Shown: positions 22,801 to 31,641 of the stretch, in pieces | Layout of the letters: every line of letters starts with the position of its first letter | Position numbering within the stretch: the stretch's first letter is position 1 | Assembly (NCBI GenBank): GCA_965216785.1 | Contig: OZ244197.1 | Location: forward strand, 384,001 to 448,000 | DNA length: 64,000 nucleotides | Direction of reading: 5' to 3' | Source of the DNA: Thermodesulfobacteriota bacterium | GTDB taxonomy: Bacteria > Desulfobacterota_D > UBA1144 > Nemesobacterales > UBA2774 | Notes under the pieces: generated by a model | What the model was told of the DNA's origin: nothing | The model's database searches: none | The model's input: the letters and a program-made list of their open reading frames with translations, nothing else | Program-made: the position numbers and the translations under genes

Positions 22801-23549
22801 TGTAATACATCCGTCAATTCAAAATTTATTCGCGCGTTTGCCTCCAGAGTTGAATCTTGGTTATTCAAAAGACTCTTATTCCCTAGTGCTAAGTCTCTCG
22901 TATTTATATCCAATAGTCCTGTTGTTAAATCAGTCTTTGATTGTACTTTACCTTCAATATCAAATTTACGACCTAAAGCACTAATATCACCGATAAAGTC
23001 AACTTCGCTTGACTGCTTTTCGTTATTACTGTCGATGCCGATAGCTAGTGATTTTGAGTAGAGTGTGAGATCGGGGCTTATCTGACAATGAGCGTCCGTG
23101 ATTGTAACTCCTTGAATTACAACCCGAGAAGGTCTTTCTTTATCGTCTTTATCGCTTTTAATCAGCTCAAGGAGATTTTGTATATTGTCCCGAGTTGCCT
23201 GAAGATTCGGGTCCTCAACAATAACCTCATTAATAATCAATCTCTGCTCTAAAAGAGAAGAGATGATAGCGGGGTCTACTGTAATTCTTTTTACTTCGGC
23301 GATCTTAACATTATTTTGTAAAGGGTCCGTGATCGTAAGTCCGCTCAATCTGAGGTTGAACAGGGGATCTATACCGATCTCTTTAAATTCAATAGAATAG
23401 CCGAGCTCTTTGGATAATTTCTCAATATATCCAGGCGCTTCTCCACTGAGCTTTCTGTCTAATATAATGTTAACGGATATTAATGCTGCTAGGATTAAAA
23501 CGGCAGCAATAACAAGAATTTTCAGGAACCCGTGTCTCGAAAGGGTCAT
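19848..23549 (-). CDS. AsmA-like / YdbH-like bridge lipid-transfer protein
   Basis: N-terminal TM, 1233 aa of beta-strand repeats, C-terminal QNSISISHLI, directly upstream of the YdbL-like gene. Confidence 0.7.
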   Translation of the reverse strand: MTLSRHGFLKILVIAAVLILAALISVNIILDRKLSGEAPGYIEKLSKELGYSIEFKEIGIDPLFNLRLSGLTITDPLQNNVKIAEVKRITVDPAIISSLLEQRLIINEVIVEDPNLQATRDNIQNLLELIKSDKDDKERPSRVVIQGVTITDAHCQISPDLTLYSKSLAIGIDSNNEKQSSEVDFIGDISALGRKFDIEGKVQSKTDLTTGLLDINTRDLALGNKSLLNNQDSTLEANARINFELTDVLHAYGLMSVNPLDKRADSAESALMIDYDLQYNPSLQTAALEKLDLSINGLMEGSFTGSADVKEEDVIININGSAEAKDLSALKNLLPSLEQDEISGSATAQNVTISGSGKKGKFSIKGEVLTSDLNYKKTEEDLELSGLNCNLRINQTLTIGDSFPIISTGKCAADTFNWVKTGAIADISSDVKISATENWSKTDISLSSLKGSFMDGVLSGSMGFDLSGGGFKLKGLLTGQNLNLKETPKSVIPFDIEGTALTATANFGGGSGDYDADISFTAGDVILSLSKGRAFKLSKVESVENLAFKFLSEDKTEASAGVYRDTITIENEGLRYESLTFGDYLVKNGRVKKLSFSLTLGSDWSINMASTGSNFEVLGKDISLSEFNESFSIENSGRDGFSGHVKGQGGRFKAIEFPSVEWDYKYLGNFIELSKVKADVGAIGRFETDDLTLRMGDQGGYPFLSKFKESIFTGLDGKVTSNTISGDFTINDPNSGAIDWEGRVEAAKLEVLSQPIQDLKVLVTPNETGLVLDNITGEFSNGALAGKIDVDTTGPRVKIDTDIELSGASLSTGGMSANIAKTNFNFTGLLPQNSLPEGSGKLTANGISLTNNGTSYTYRGELYAKTVGETLFIEKGFIVGKDSMELGFTGKMTNSLNEERQLELSIPGIQIPVAMNVLRPFLPESAANAKTQGQADLELVLYNLFYPNQTWGGRLRVLRGAYTGKLSGTELRIKEVYGTITIKDDADSENPLSSFMGDQLKLNKSIYKKFLRSVKDFDTSQDSDYLKIGELNYGIIKIEDIDCQLEVDRGEINLKKLTSKIYRGGLYGAGIYYFQGNGNYNISFLFDEISLEAISKSISSEKDYITGRVNGLAWITGEGGDLNTIDGPFKFWATNSPKEQRKVGEALLDKLGARERLILGSSRGYDKGDISGYINDGVITFKEFNISNSILGFKNLNIQADPRQNSISISHLISVIRELAKRALTGGPTIETN

Positions 23550-23637
23550 ACAGAAGATATTATATTTAGTATTGCCTAATTTAAAAGGAGAATTTAAAAG
23601 AGGCTAAAAACCGGAGCGCCCGCTGACAGGCAATCAA

Positions 23638-24054
23638 CTAGGGATTATCGCTAACGAGCTCGACAGTTCTCGCTTTTATGACATTTTTCACTTTATACAG
23701 AAAGTATTTTTTCTCCTTTCTGAACTTACCCGTTATACGAACAGTATCGCCCTTTTCGATCGGTAAGTGCTCGTCCTCATAATACACTCCGAGCTTGTTG
23801 CCTTGAGAGTCTTTCAATTCGAAAACCGTAAAATCCTCTCCCTTACTCGATTTCGTGTACTTTACTTTCTTTACTACGCCCTCAAGAGTGACTTTCCTGC
23901 CGTCGTATTGCTTGGGCTCTGATACCACTTCTGCGATATTCGAGGATATGATTTCTTCGGTGGCATTATTCGGAACTAGGCTGTTTCCCGATTGCCCGAA
24001 AACCGCCTGAAAGGGAAATGATAAAAGTAACAATATAACGAGTGTACGTTTCAT
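23638..24054 (-). CDS. Secreted OB-fold protein
   Basis: Signal peptide, PKQYDGRKVTLEGVV...FELKD...GDTVRITGKF. Confidence 0.7.
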   Translation of the reverse strand: MKRTLVILLLLSFPFQAVFGQSGNSLVPNNATEEIISSNIAEVVSEPKQYDGRKVTLEGVVKKVKYTKSSKGEDFTVFELKDSQGNKLGVYYEDEHLPIEKGDTVRITGKFRKEKKYFLYKVKNVIKARTVELVSDNP

Positions 24055-24228
24055 TTTAATTCCTCAAATAAAAAATTCTTCTAAATTCTCAGATCTTCAA
24101 GACTGACATATAATTATAAGTATGGAATGTTAAATTACCACCCGATTTGTTGTTAGGTGTCTCGTCCGGCATTCAACTAATGTTGTTAAACAGTTAAAAT
24201 ATATCTATATACGCTCAAGGAAAAACGC

Positions 24229-25029
24229 ATGCCCTCATCTATGATAAGAAAGATAAACGGACTGCTCAAGAGTGAGAGCCTGGGGAAAGTCATACATTAT
24301 TTTGACGAGGTTGATTCAACAAACGATACTCTTTACGAGCTTGCGTCAAAAGGCGCTTCTGAGGGTACCGCGGTTATAGCAGACGCACAAACCCGTGGAA
24401 AGGGTAGACTGGGCAGAACCTGGATATCGCCCGGCGGGCATAATCTATATTTATCCGTACTCTTAAGGCCCGGGATGGGAGCCACCGAAGCTGCACTCCT
24501 GACTCTGGTTGCTTCAATAGCCGTATACGAGTGTTTAAAAAAAACCGGCATTCATAACGGGGCTATAAAATGGCCAAACGATATCCTGATCGACAAGAAA
24601 AAAATAGCGGGCGTACTAACGGAGATGCAACCAAAAGGCGATAAAGCGGATTTTGTAGTTGTGGGTATAGGGGTGAATGTGAATATGTCCAGAGCTGTTA
24701 TTAACAGAGAAATGGACGACTTTGCCAGACATGTTACCTCGGTTAGCGAGAATTTGGGCAGGGAAGTGGACCGGGCAAAACTTGCTGCCGATTTACTTAA
24801 GGAACTTGAAGATTGGTATAGCACAATGAGACTGCGGGGAAAACCCGCTATTTTGAAGGAATGGATGGATAGATGGGGCGGCCTAAACCAGAATGTACGT
24901 GTAAGAATTGAGGGTCAGGAAGAATTTCAAGGAACAGCCCAAGGAATAGATGAAAACGGCCATTTATTGGTTCAAAGAGAAAACGGCGAAACAGTAGAAG
25001 TAATAACGGGTGATATATCTATTATTTAG
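24229..25029 (+). CDS. birA: Biotin-[acetyl-CoA carboxylase] ligase without N-terminal HTH
   Basis: VDSTN, QTRGKGRLGRTW, KWPND, KKIAGVL, GIGVNV. Confidence 0.96.
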   Translation: MPSSMIRKINGLLKSESLGKVIHYFDEVDSTNDTLYELASKGASEGTAVIADAQTRGKGRLGRTWISPGGHNLYLSVLLRPGMGATEAALLTLVASIAVYECLKKTGIHNGAIKWPNDILIDKKKIAGVLTEMQPKGDKADFVVVGIGVNVNMSRAVINREMDDFARHVTSVSENLGREVDRAKLAADLLKELEDWYSTMRLRGKPAILKEWMDRWGGLNQNVRVRIEGQEEFQGTAQGIDENGHLLVQRENGETVEVITGDISII

Positions 25030-25375
25030 CCCTGAAACCAGACATTTCTTCTCTCATATTCTGCATCAGCTCTGTCCACTGATGAACTAATGAAAAATCA
25101 TTTTCGGGAAGAAGTTTCCTTATCACTATCCCACTTTCTTTAACTTCTACCCTGCAGTCCTTATATCTTTTGGATAGTATTTCGGCGAATTTATATAGCT
25201 TACTTACCGCCCCGGGATCGTTACCAACAAATTTGGAGACAAGAACAACTTCCTGATCGAAACCTTCAAATATGAGATTCCAAAGGCTTGAGCTTGCCTC
25301 CATCGCAAAAGAAAGATCAATCGAATCAGACTGACTGACATCTTTTTCCATATTCACCTGGAGTGACTGCTCCAC
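25022..25375 (-). CDS. Hypothetical protein
   Basis: 117-aa ORF filling the gap, co-oriented with the upstream TPR gene. No motif recognised. Confidence 0.55.
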   Translation of the reverse strand: MEQSLQVNMEKDVSQSDSIDLSFAMEASSSLWNLIFEGFDQEVVLVSKFVGNDPGAVSKLYKFAEILSKRYKDCRVEVKESGIVIRKLLPENDFSLVHQWTELMQNMREEMSGFRAK

Positions 25376-25403
25376 ACAGTCACCTAATTAGACCATATAT
25401 AAC

Positions 25404-26411
25404 TTATCCGCCTCCGAGCGCCGCAATCCTTTGCTTGGCGGTGTCCCCATATCCTTTATATCTATCCTGTCCGAGTGAGATCTCGAGAAACTTTTTGTAG
25501 TTAGCAATTGCTTCAGATCTCTTGTTTTGCTTCTCGTAACCCTGTGCTAAGAAGAAGTAGGCCTCAGGGGTATTGGGATTTAGTGAAATCGCCTTTTGTT
25601 CACTCGAGACAGTATTGGCGAATTGTTTCATATAGAAGTAAGTAATACCAAGATTCATGTACGCCGGGGCATAGTTAGGGTTAAGCTCAATTGCCTTTTG
25701 GAACTGATTTACGGCTTTTTGATAATAGCCCTGGTAGTTGAGCGCCGTTCCAAGATAGTTGTGAAGCTGGGCGGATGGAGCTATCTCTACAGCCTTTTTA
25801 TACTGTGCCGCGGCCTGATTGAAAGAGCGTCTTTTCTGATAGTAGGCATTACCAAGACCTATGTACGCGGGAACGTATTTGGGATTGAGCTCGATTGCCT
25901 TTCTGATCTCCGGAGCGTTAGGGTTTCCGCCGCTTGCGGCCCAGAGTATGTAATAGGCTTCAGCGTTATTGGGGTCCTTAGCTAGAATGCCTCTCGCTGC
26001 CGCGATAGCCTCTTTCTCACGGCTCAAATGGTAATAGCTATAAGCAAGAGCAACCTGAGTCGCCTCTAGATCGGGACCGAGTTTAAGGGCCTTTTCCATA
26101 TTTTTATATGAATCGTTATAGTATTTCTCATAATCGTCTTTTATCAGGTATCTGTAAAAACCCATGAAGGAATAAACTTCGGCAAGCCCGGCGTATGCCG
26201 GAGCATAATTCGCGTCTATAGCGATAGCTTTATTATATGTCGCTATTGCTTGCTCAAACCCCTCAGGCGTAAACTTCATAAATTCGGCTTTTCCCTGCTT
26301 ATACAACCCGGCTGCACCGGCTGCATCTTGGGCAATTGCAGTGTTAGCGTCTAACCCCGCAACTGTAAAAGTTATAGAAAGTAAAACCAAGCTTAAAATC
26401 AAACGCTTCAT
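25404..26411 (-). CDS. Secreted tetratricopeptide-repeat protein
   Basis: Signal peptide and multiple AIELNPxYAPAY TPRs. ATG 26411 with AGGAGG RBS. Confidence 0.9.
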   Translation of the reverse strand: MKRLILSLVLLSITFTVAGLDANTAIAQDAAGAAGLYKQGKAEFMKFTPEGFEQAIATYNKAIAIDANYAPAYAGLAEVYSFMGFYRYLIKDDYEKYYNDSYKNMEKALKLGPDLEATQVALAYSYYHLSREKEAIAAARGILAKDPNNAEAYYILWAASGGNPNAPEIRKAIELNPKYVPAYIGLGNAYYQKRRSFNQAAAQYKKAVEIAPSAQLHNYLGTALNYQGYYQKAVNQFQKAIELNPNYAPAYMNLGITYFYMKQFANTVSSEQKAISLNPNTPEAYFFLAQGYEKQNKRSEAIANYKKFLEISLGQDRYKGYGDTAKQRIAALGGG

Positions 26412-26458
26412 AACTCCCTCCTTGTAAAGTATTGTGCCTATAATGATTGTATCCGGTA

Positions 26459-26989
26459 TCAATACCCTTCGAGTATATATTTAACTATCTCTTTAGCCAA
26501 ACCTTCATAAATATCCTTTGCCAAAAAGCCCATAGAGCTAAACCCGTTTACTTCTCCAGAGGATATTTCATCGCCGGTAGCCTTATTAACCAAGGCTAAC
26601 TGGACTGTTACCGAAACCTCTCCGAATTTTACTCCGCCGCCTTCATAAGAAATATCTGTGCTCGGTCTGTATTCACTTACCTCGCCTAAAACTACTATAG
26701 TATCCTCTGCAGGAATATTTTCAATTGCCCCAAACTCCACTTCTTTGAATTTATCCTTCGTAGCAAGCAGCGCTGCCGACTCTGCCGGGATTTTCGATAG
26801 CGCCTGTTCTGGAAAATCGACTATTTCAGTTACAAACTTATCGAACTGTACGGCCTGGAAACTGCTGAGCTTTTCTTTAGAAGGCTTAAAGTAAGATGTT
26901 GTTTTAATGCTCGCGCAGCCACTAAACATCAGAGCCAAAAAGAACAGCGAACATGCGGCATAGTATGAGCGGTAATTTCTATCTTTCAT
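26459..26989 (-). CDS. Hypothetical lipoprotein (DUF4410/CsgG-like alpha-beta fold suspected)
   Basis: Lipobox FSGC, VTVQLALVNKATGDEI. ATG 26989 with AGGAGG RBS. Confidence 0.6.
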   Translation of the reverse strand: MKDRNYRSYYAACSLFFLALMFSGCASIKTTSYFKPSKEKLSSFQAVQFDKFVTEIVDFPEQALSKIPAESAALLATKDKFKEVEFGAIENIPAEDTIVVLGEVSEYRPSTDISYEGGGVKFGEVSVTVQLALVNKATGDEISSGEVNGFSSMGFLAKDIYEGLAKEIVKYILEGY

Positions 26990-27103
26990 AATTTCGTGCT
27001 CCTCCTTATAAGACAAGTAGTATAAAATAGCATACTTCTTCTACTTGATAAACATCAAATCTTAATATTCTGTTATCACAAATGCGCTACGTGAAAAATT
27101 TAC

Positions 27104-27149
27104 TGTACAAAATTTGTCACTATTGTACAACTTTTGCGAAAATTGTCAC
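27104..27149 (+). promoter_or_regulatory. Putative enhancer-binding-protein (PilR-like) sites
   Basis: Repeated AAAAT(T)TGTCAC (27109-27120, 27139-27149) and TGTACAA twice, 125-170 bp upstream of a sigma54 promoter. Confidence 0.45.
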
Positions 27150-27228
27150 ATCAAACGTGCCTTTAAGGCTTTTTCAAAGCCACTGTATTTTGCTGAAATT
27201 TAGTTCAAATTTTAATATTATCATATTA

Positions 27229-27241
27229 TATCAGGGGGTTA
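27229..27241 (+). promoter_or_regulatory. Putative IHF site
   Basis: TATCAGGGGGTTA fits WATCARNNNNTTR, has an AT-rich upstream flank, and lies between the enhancer and the sigma54 promoter. Confidence 0.45.
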
Positions 27242-27271
27242 TAAGCAGGAGGCTCTGAAATACACCGAATT

Positions 27272-27287
27272 TGGCACGTGGCTTGCA
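27272..27287 (+). promoter_or_regulatory. Sigma54 (-24/-12) promoter of the pilin gene
   Basis: TGGCAC-GTGGC-TTGCA, a perfect consensus with correct spacing, 42 bp before the ATG. Confidence 0.88.
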
Positions 27288-27329
27288 AAATATCTAGTCA
27301 AACTCAAAATCTTTTAGGAGGTAGTAGAT

Positions 27330-27929
27330 ATGTTAAGGAATATACTGAGAAAGAAAAAAGGCGAGAAAGGGTTTACCCTTATCGAGCTTTTGGTTGTTGC
27401 AGCGATCATCGGCATCCTGCTCGCAATCGCTATCCCTAACCTTATAAAGGCAAGAATATCCGCAAACGAGGCAAACGCAAGAAAGGCCTTGCAGACCCTT
27501 AGAGACGCGGAAGGGGAGTATTTCGAGCAAGATCTTAACGATGATGGTGAGAGAAACTACACCGGATTTATTGGGGATCTCAGCACTGCTGAATCACTCC
27601 GTAATCCGGAAGGAACAAGTGATGAAGAGGACGCACTCATAGATTCAAGCTTTGAGGGTGCGGACGATGGAGAAGATCCCGCTGCGGCAGGCTGCGCGGA
27701 CTCAAAAGCCGGGTACTGCATAGGCTGGGATGCCGCTACCATCGAGGCAGCTGCAGGTAACCTTGATGATTTCGGATGGGAAGCTTCTATGACAAGTTTC
27801 CGTAAGACAGGTAGAAAAGACTTCGCGGTTTACGGAGACGGCGTTATAAGGTGCACAGTTACCGGAGCCACCAACTCAGGCGATCCTGGTGACTTTAATG
27901 CCGATCGTACAACCGGCGCTTGCGACTAA
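27330..27929 (+). CDS. pilA: Type IV pilin, probably the major pilin
   Basis: Basic leader, KG|FTLIELL prepilin site, sigma54 promoter, strong RBS, own terminator, 4 Cys. Confidence 0.88.
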   Translation: MLRNILRKKKGEKGFTLIELLVVAAIIGILLAIAIPNLIKARISANEANARKALQTLRDAEGEYFEQDLNDDGERNYTGFIGDLSTAESLRNPEGTSDEEDALIDSSFEGADDGEDPAAAGCADSKAGYCIGWDAATIEAAAGNLDDFGWEASMTSFRKTGRKDFAVYGDGVIRCTVTGATNSGDPGDFNADRTTGACD

Positions 27930-27978
27930 TAATTTTAAGAAAAAGTTAGTTCAATGTAAAGAGTACAAAATGTTTACT

Positions 27979-28010
27979 ATAAAACAGCGGGGTTAGCCCC
28001 GCTGTTTTAT
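27979..28010 (+). terminator. Intrinsic (bidirectional-type) terminator after pilA
   Basis: ATAAAACAGCGGGG-TTAG-CCCCGCTGTTTTAT. Confidence 0.9.
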
Positions 28011-28129
28011 CATCGCCCAATTGGTACACAAAGTAGAAATTACTACTTTGATCACTTGCTTTATCAAATAGAATTTCCTGTACGCATACTGCACAATTAA
28101 ATTGTAATTACGAGTAGGAGCATACTAAA

Positions 28130-28726
28130 ATGATACAACCGGGCAAAATAAAATTTCAAAACGGATTTACACTGATAGAGTTGCTCGTTGTTGCGGCTAT
28201 TATAGGCATTCTACTTGCCATTGCTATTCCAAATCTCTTAAAAGCCCGAATTTCCTCAAACGAAGTGAATGCGCGAAAAGCGCTGCAAACCTTAAAAGAT
28301 GCAGAGTATGAGTATTTTGAGCAGGATCTGAATGATGACGGTGAGAGAAATTTTACAAATTTCATAGGGACTCTCGGTACACCAGGAACACTCCGCGACC
28401 CCTCAGGAACTAATGACGAAGAAGACTCGCTGATTGACAATACCTTTGAGAAGGCGGTAATAAACGACGGTAGTCCTGCAAGTTCCGCAAACTGCGTAGA
28501 CTCAAAGGCCGGTTACTGCATCGCATGGAGCAGCGACGTTGAAACCGACGATTTGACCCTAGTAGCAGACTTCGGATGGGAAGCCTCCATGACGAATGCA
28601 AGGGTTAACGGGAGAAAAGACTTTTCCGCTTTCGCAGATAAAGTTATAAAATGCACCGTAACAACCCAGAGCAAGGGGCAGGCCGGGACGTTTGAATCCG
28701 GGCGTAGTGACTCCGCTTGTGAGTGA
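28130..28726 (+). CDS. Second type IV pilin, paralog of the upstream gene
   Basis: NG|FTLIELLVVAAIIGILLAIAIPN. Colinear with pilin 1 throughout, with the same 4 Cys. Confidence 0.88.
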   Translation: MIQPGKIKFQNGFTLIELLVVAAIIGILLAIAIPNLLKARISSNEVNARKALQTLKDAEYEYFEQDLNDDGERNFTNFIGTLGTPGTLRDPSGTNDEEDSLIDNTFEKAVINDGSPASSANCVDSKAGYCIAWSSDVETDDLTLVADFGWEASMTNARVNGRKDFSAFADKVIKCTVTTQSKGQAGTFESGRSDSACE

Positions 28727-28832
28727 TAAGCTTATATTCCTCAAATTAGAATTATCAAGCCCACAATCAACCTAATTATCCGAGAGATATTGCCTCTAAA
28801 CACCGATTAACATATATTTTAGATATCCGGTT

Positions 28833-29762
28833 ATGTCAGAAACTATTCTCCAAGTAAATGAGCTGGTTAAAAACTTTAAGACAGGGTTCTTTGGAAAAGA
28901 AGCCAAGGTTCTAAAAGGGGTTTCATTCTCTGTCGAAAGCGGGGAGATATATGGCTTTGTCGGGCCGAACGGCGCCGGAAAAACCACTACCTTTAAATGC
29001 ATCCTGGGGTTTGCGCAGAAATCTGGCGGTAACATCAGCCTGATGGGCGAAAGTAACGGTAACGTCGACATAAAAGCCCGGATTGGGTACTTGCCCGAGA
29101 ACCCCTACTTTTACGACTACTTAACGGGCGAAGAGCTGCTCCACTACATGGGAGAGCTGCACGGTATAAAACAAAAGACGCTTAAGGATAGAGTGGATTT
29201 TCTATTATCGAAAGTCAATATGAGCCACGCCCGAAGTCTACAGCTCAGAAAGTACTCCAAGGGGATGCTCCAGAGGATTGGAGTCGCTCAGGCGCTCATA
29301 AACGACCCGGAATTTATCATCCTGGACGAGCCTATGAGCGGACTTGACCCTATAGGTAGAAGAGAGATTAAAGACTTGATACTGGAGAAGAAAGCGAAAG
29401 GGAAAACGATACTTCTCAGCTCGCATATGCTAGCTGACGTAGAAGCGCTCTGTGACAGAGTAGCGCTGATAATGAACGGCAGGGTTGTTAGGACAGGCAC
29501 CATCGGTGAGCTACTAAACGAGATACACACAGATTACGAGCTCTTTCTCGAAGGATCGAGAGACGATGTCAGAGAGCACGTAAAAGACCTGAATGTTGAG
29601 CTAGAGGAAAGAGCCGGCTTCTTGGTGCTCAAGTTTGATGAGGATATAAAGACTAGGGTTTTTGAAGCTGTAATGAAATCCTCCTCAGAGATTGTCTCAC
29701 TTCATCCAATGAGAAAATCGCTGGAAGGACTATTTGTAGAAGAGGCTAACAAAAATGAATAG
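28833..29762 (+). CDS. ABC transporter ATP-binding protein (PilH/XapD-like)
   Basis: GPNGAGKTT, YSKGMLQR, ILDEPMSGLDP. Follows the pilins. Confidence 0.93.
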   Translation: MSETILQVNELVKNFKTGFFGKEAKVLKGVSFSVESGEIYGFVGPNGAGKTTTFKCILGFAQKSGGNISLMGESNGNVDIKARIGYLPENPYFYDYLTGEELLHYMGELHGIKQKTLKDRVDFLLSKVNMSHARSLQLRKYSKGMLQRIGVAQALINDPEFIILDEPMSGLDPIGRREIKDLILEKKAKGKTILLSSHMLADVEALCDRVALIMNGRVVRTGTIGELLNEIHTDYELFLEGSRDDVREHVKDLNVELEERAGFLVLKFDEDIKTRVFEAVMKSSSEIVSLHPMRKSLEGLFVEEANKNE

Positions 29763-30558
29763 AGTATTTAGCGTAGCGCGCAACACATTCATTGAAGCCA
29801 TAAGAGATAGAGTCCTCTACAGCCTGGTCGTTTTTGCTATACTGATGATTCTAAGCTCACTTATCATAGCCGCCATTTCCGGAGAGCAGTACAATAAAAT
29901 TGTAAAAGACTTGGGACTCACAGCTATTTCAATAATAGGCATCATGCTGTCCGTATTTCTGGGCATGGGTCTTGTTTATAAAGAGATAGAGAAAAAAACA
30001 GTCTATAACATCTTCTCAAAACCGATTAAGCGATACGAATTTATTCTCGGCAAGTATTTAGGCCTGGCTTTTACACTACTTCTAATTACTATTGGGATGG
30101 CAATTATACTTTTCCTCTTGGTTCTATATACGGAGCTCAGATATCAGGGGCTTATAGAGTTTTATTACGGGGGTCAGCATTTCAGCGAATTTTTTAACGC
30201 CATATATTTTCAGTATCTGGAATTCTTAATTATTATCGGCATCGCTCTTATATTCTCTAGTTTCACAAGCCCTATACTGAGCGTTTTATTCACATTTTTA
30301 CTATTCGCGATAGGACGCTTTTCAGGCGATATAAGACTATTTGCAGAGGAGATAAAAAACCCGGTGAGCGCCGTTTTCGCCGAGGTGATTTATACGGTTA
30401 TACCCAATCTTGAGAAGTTTAACGCAAGGAGTGAAGCCGTATACGGCGGCAGTTTAAACTGGGAGCTAATAATTTATACGACCGTCTATGCAATCATTTA
30501 TACGATTGCGCTCCTATTGCTTTCCATGGTCATTTTTGAAAAAAAGGAATTTAAGTAA
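29755..30558 (+). CDS. ABC-2 permease (PilI/XapB-like)
   Basis: ARNTFIEAIRDR, EIEKKTVYNIFSKP, LGKYLG, about 6 TMs. Confidence 0.9.
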   Translation: MNRVFSVARNTFIEAIRDRVLYSLVVFAILMILSSLIIAAISGEQYNKIVKDLGLTAISIIGIMLSVFLGMGLVYKEIEKKTVYNIFSKPIKRYEFILGKYLGLAFTLLLITIGMAIILFLLVLYTELRYQGLIEFYYGGQHFSEFFNAIYFQYLEFLIIIGIALIFSSFTSPILSVLFTFLLFAIGRFSGDIRLFAEEIKNPVSAVFAEVIYTVIPNLEKFNARSEAVYGGSLNWELIIYTTVYAIIYTIALLLLSMVIFEKKEFK

Positions 30559-30567
30559 CCAAGCCCC

Positions 30568-31638
30568 ATGTCAATTACAAAAAAACCCATAATCGGCCTA
30601 ACTGTAATCTTAATATTGATATTAGCGTCTATACCGTTTCAAAATAAGATAGACGAAGCGCACGGTAAATTTAGCAGTATTGAGGGCAGCATATACCTAT
30701 CGTCCTCTATGCTCGACAAGATGTCTCTGGGGTACCAGGAAATTCTAGCCGATGTATATTGGCTTCGGGCGCTTCAGTACTTTGGCGGTAAAGATATTGA
30801 TGAGCAGGACCCCGAGCTTCTGTATCATTATTTTAATATAATTACCGATCTTGACCCGAAATTTGTAAACGCTTACAGGTATGGCGGCGCATTTTTGGCG
30901 GAGCCTCCCCCGTATGGACTTGGGAATTTTAAATTGGGTGTAAAGGTCTTTGAGAAAGGAAGAGAAAACAACCCCGATAATTTCAGACTGCCCCTTGAAC
31001 AAGCATTCCTATATTACATATACCCGAAGAATTACGCTAAAGCCGCTGAGCTTTTCGAAGAGGCCGGAGCTAAACCCGGACTATCGCCATTCAGAAAGGC
31101 ATCCATTAACGGCATGGCCGCCGCCGCTCACGCACATGGTGGAGACAGAAAAAATTCCAGGAAAATTTGGGAAACTATCTATGAAACGAGCCCGAGCGAA
31201 GGCAGGAGAAATTTCGCACTCAGAAACTTAAAAGAGATACAAACAATGGATATTGAGGACAATTTAACACTAGCTTTAAAAGAGTACAAGAAGCGTTTCA
31301 AGAAACTCCCGGAAGGGGTGGAGGAAATTGTCGATACCGGGATTATTGAATCGGTACCCGCCTCCCCTCTTGATGGACAGTTTATAATCGCGGCCCAAAT
31401 CGAAGCTGTGAAAGACAGTGCTTTGGCAGAGAGCAACCTGAATCAAAGTCTTAGGTTCCTGAACGCAAAATCGAGAAGGCATATGAAGACTTTCGGCGAA
31501 TACCCAAAAGATATAAATGAGCTCAGGGTGTATATTCAAGACTATACTACCAGCGATTTCCCAGCACACCCGCTTGGCGAGCCATATGACTACGATCCGG
31601 AAACAGGAAAAGTAACTTCTGGGGAAATTACAAAGTAA
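30568..31638 (+). CDS. Pilus-associated TPR-like protein (PilG/XapA-like)
   Basis: N-terminal TM, LADVYWLRALQYFG, ITDLDPKF, TPR-like helices. In operon with the ABC genes. Confidence 0.7.
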   Translation: MSITKKPIIGLTVILILILASIPFQNKIDEAHGKFSSIEGSIYLSSSMLDKMSLGYQEILADVYWLRALQYFGGKDIDEQDPELLYHYFNIITDLDPKFVNAYRYGGAFLAEPPPYGLGNFKLGVKVFEKGRENNPDNFRLPLEQAFLYYIYPKNYAKAAELFEEAGAKPGLSPFRKASINGMAAAAHAHGGDRKNSRKIWETIYETSPSEGRRNFALRNLKEIQTMDIEDNLTLALKEYKKRFKKLPEGVEEIVDTGIIESVPASPLDGQFIIAAQIEAVKDSALAESNLNQSLRFLNAKSRRHMKTFGEYPKDINELRVYIQDYTTSDFPAHPLGEPYDYDPETGKVTSGEITK

Positions 31639-31641
31639 CCA

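Noticed and set aside
24054-24229. BirA operator in the spacer
   Set aside because: This BirA lacks the DNA-binding HTH and no convincing palindrome is present.
27330-27929. Possible conductive (e-pilus) pilin
   Set aside because: It is a full-length pilin with about 14 aromatic residues in 185 and a gap of about 48 residues after F1, so it does not fit e-pilin criteria.
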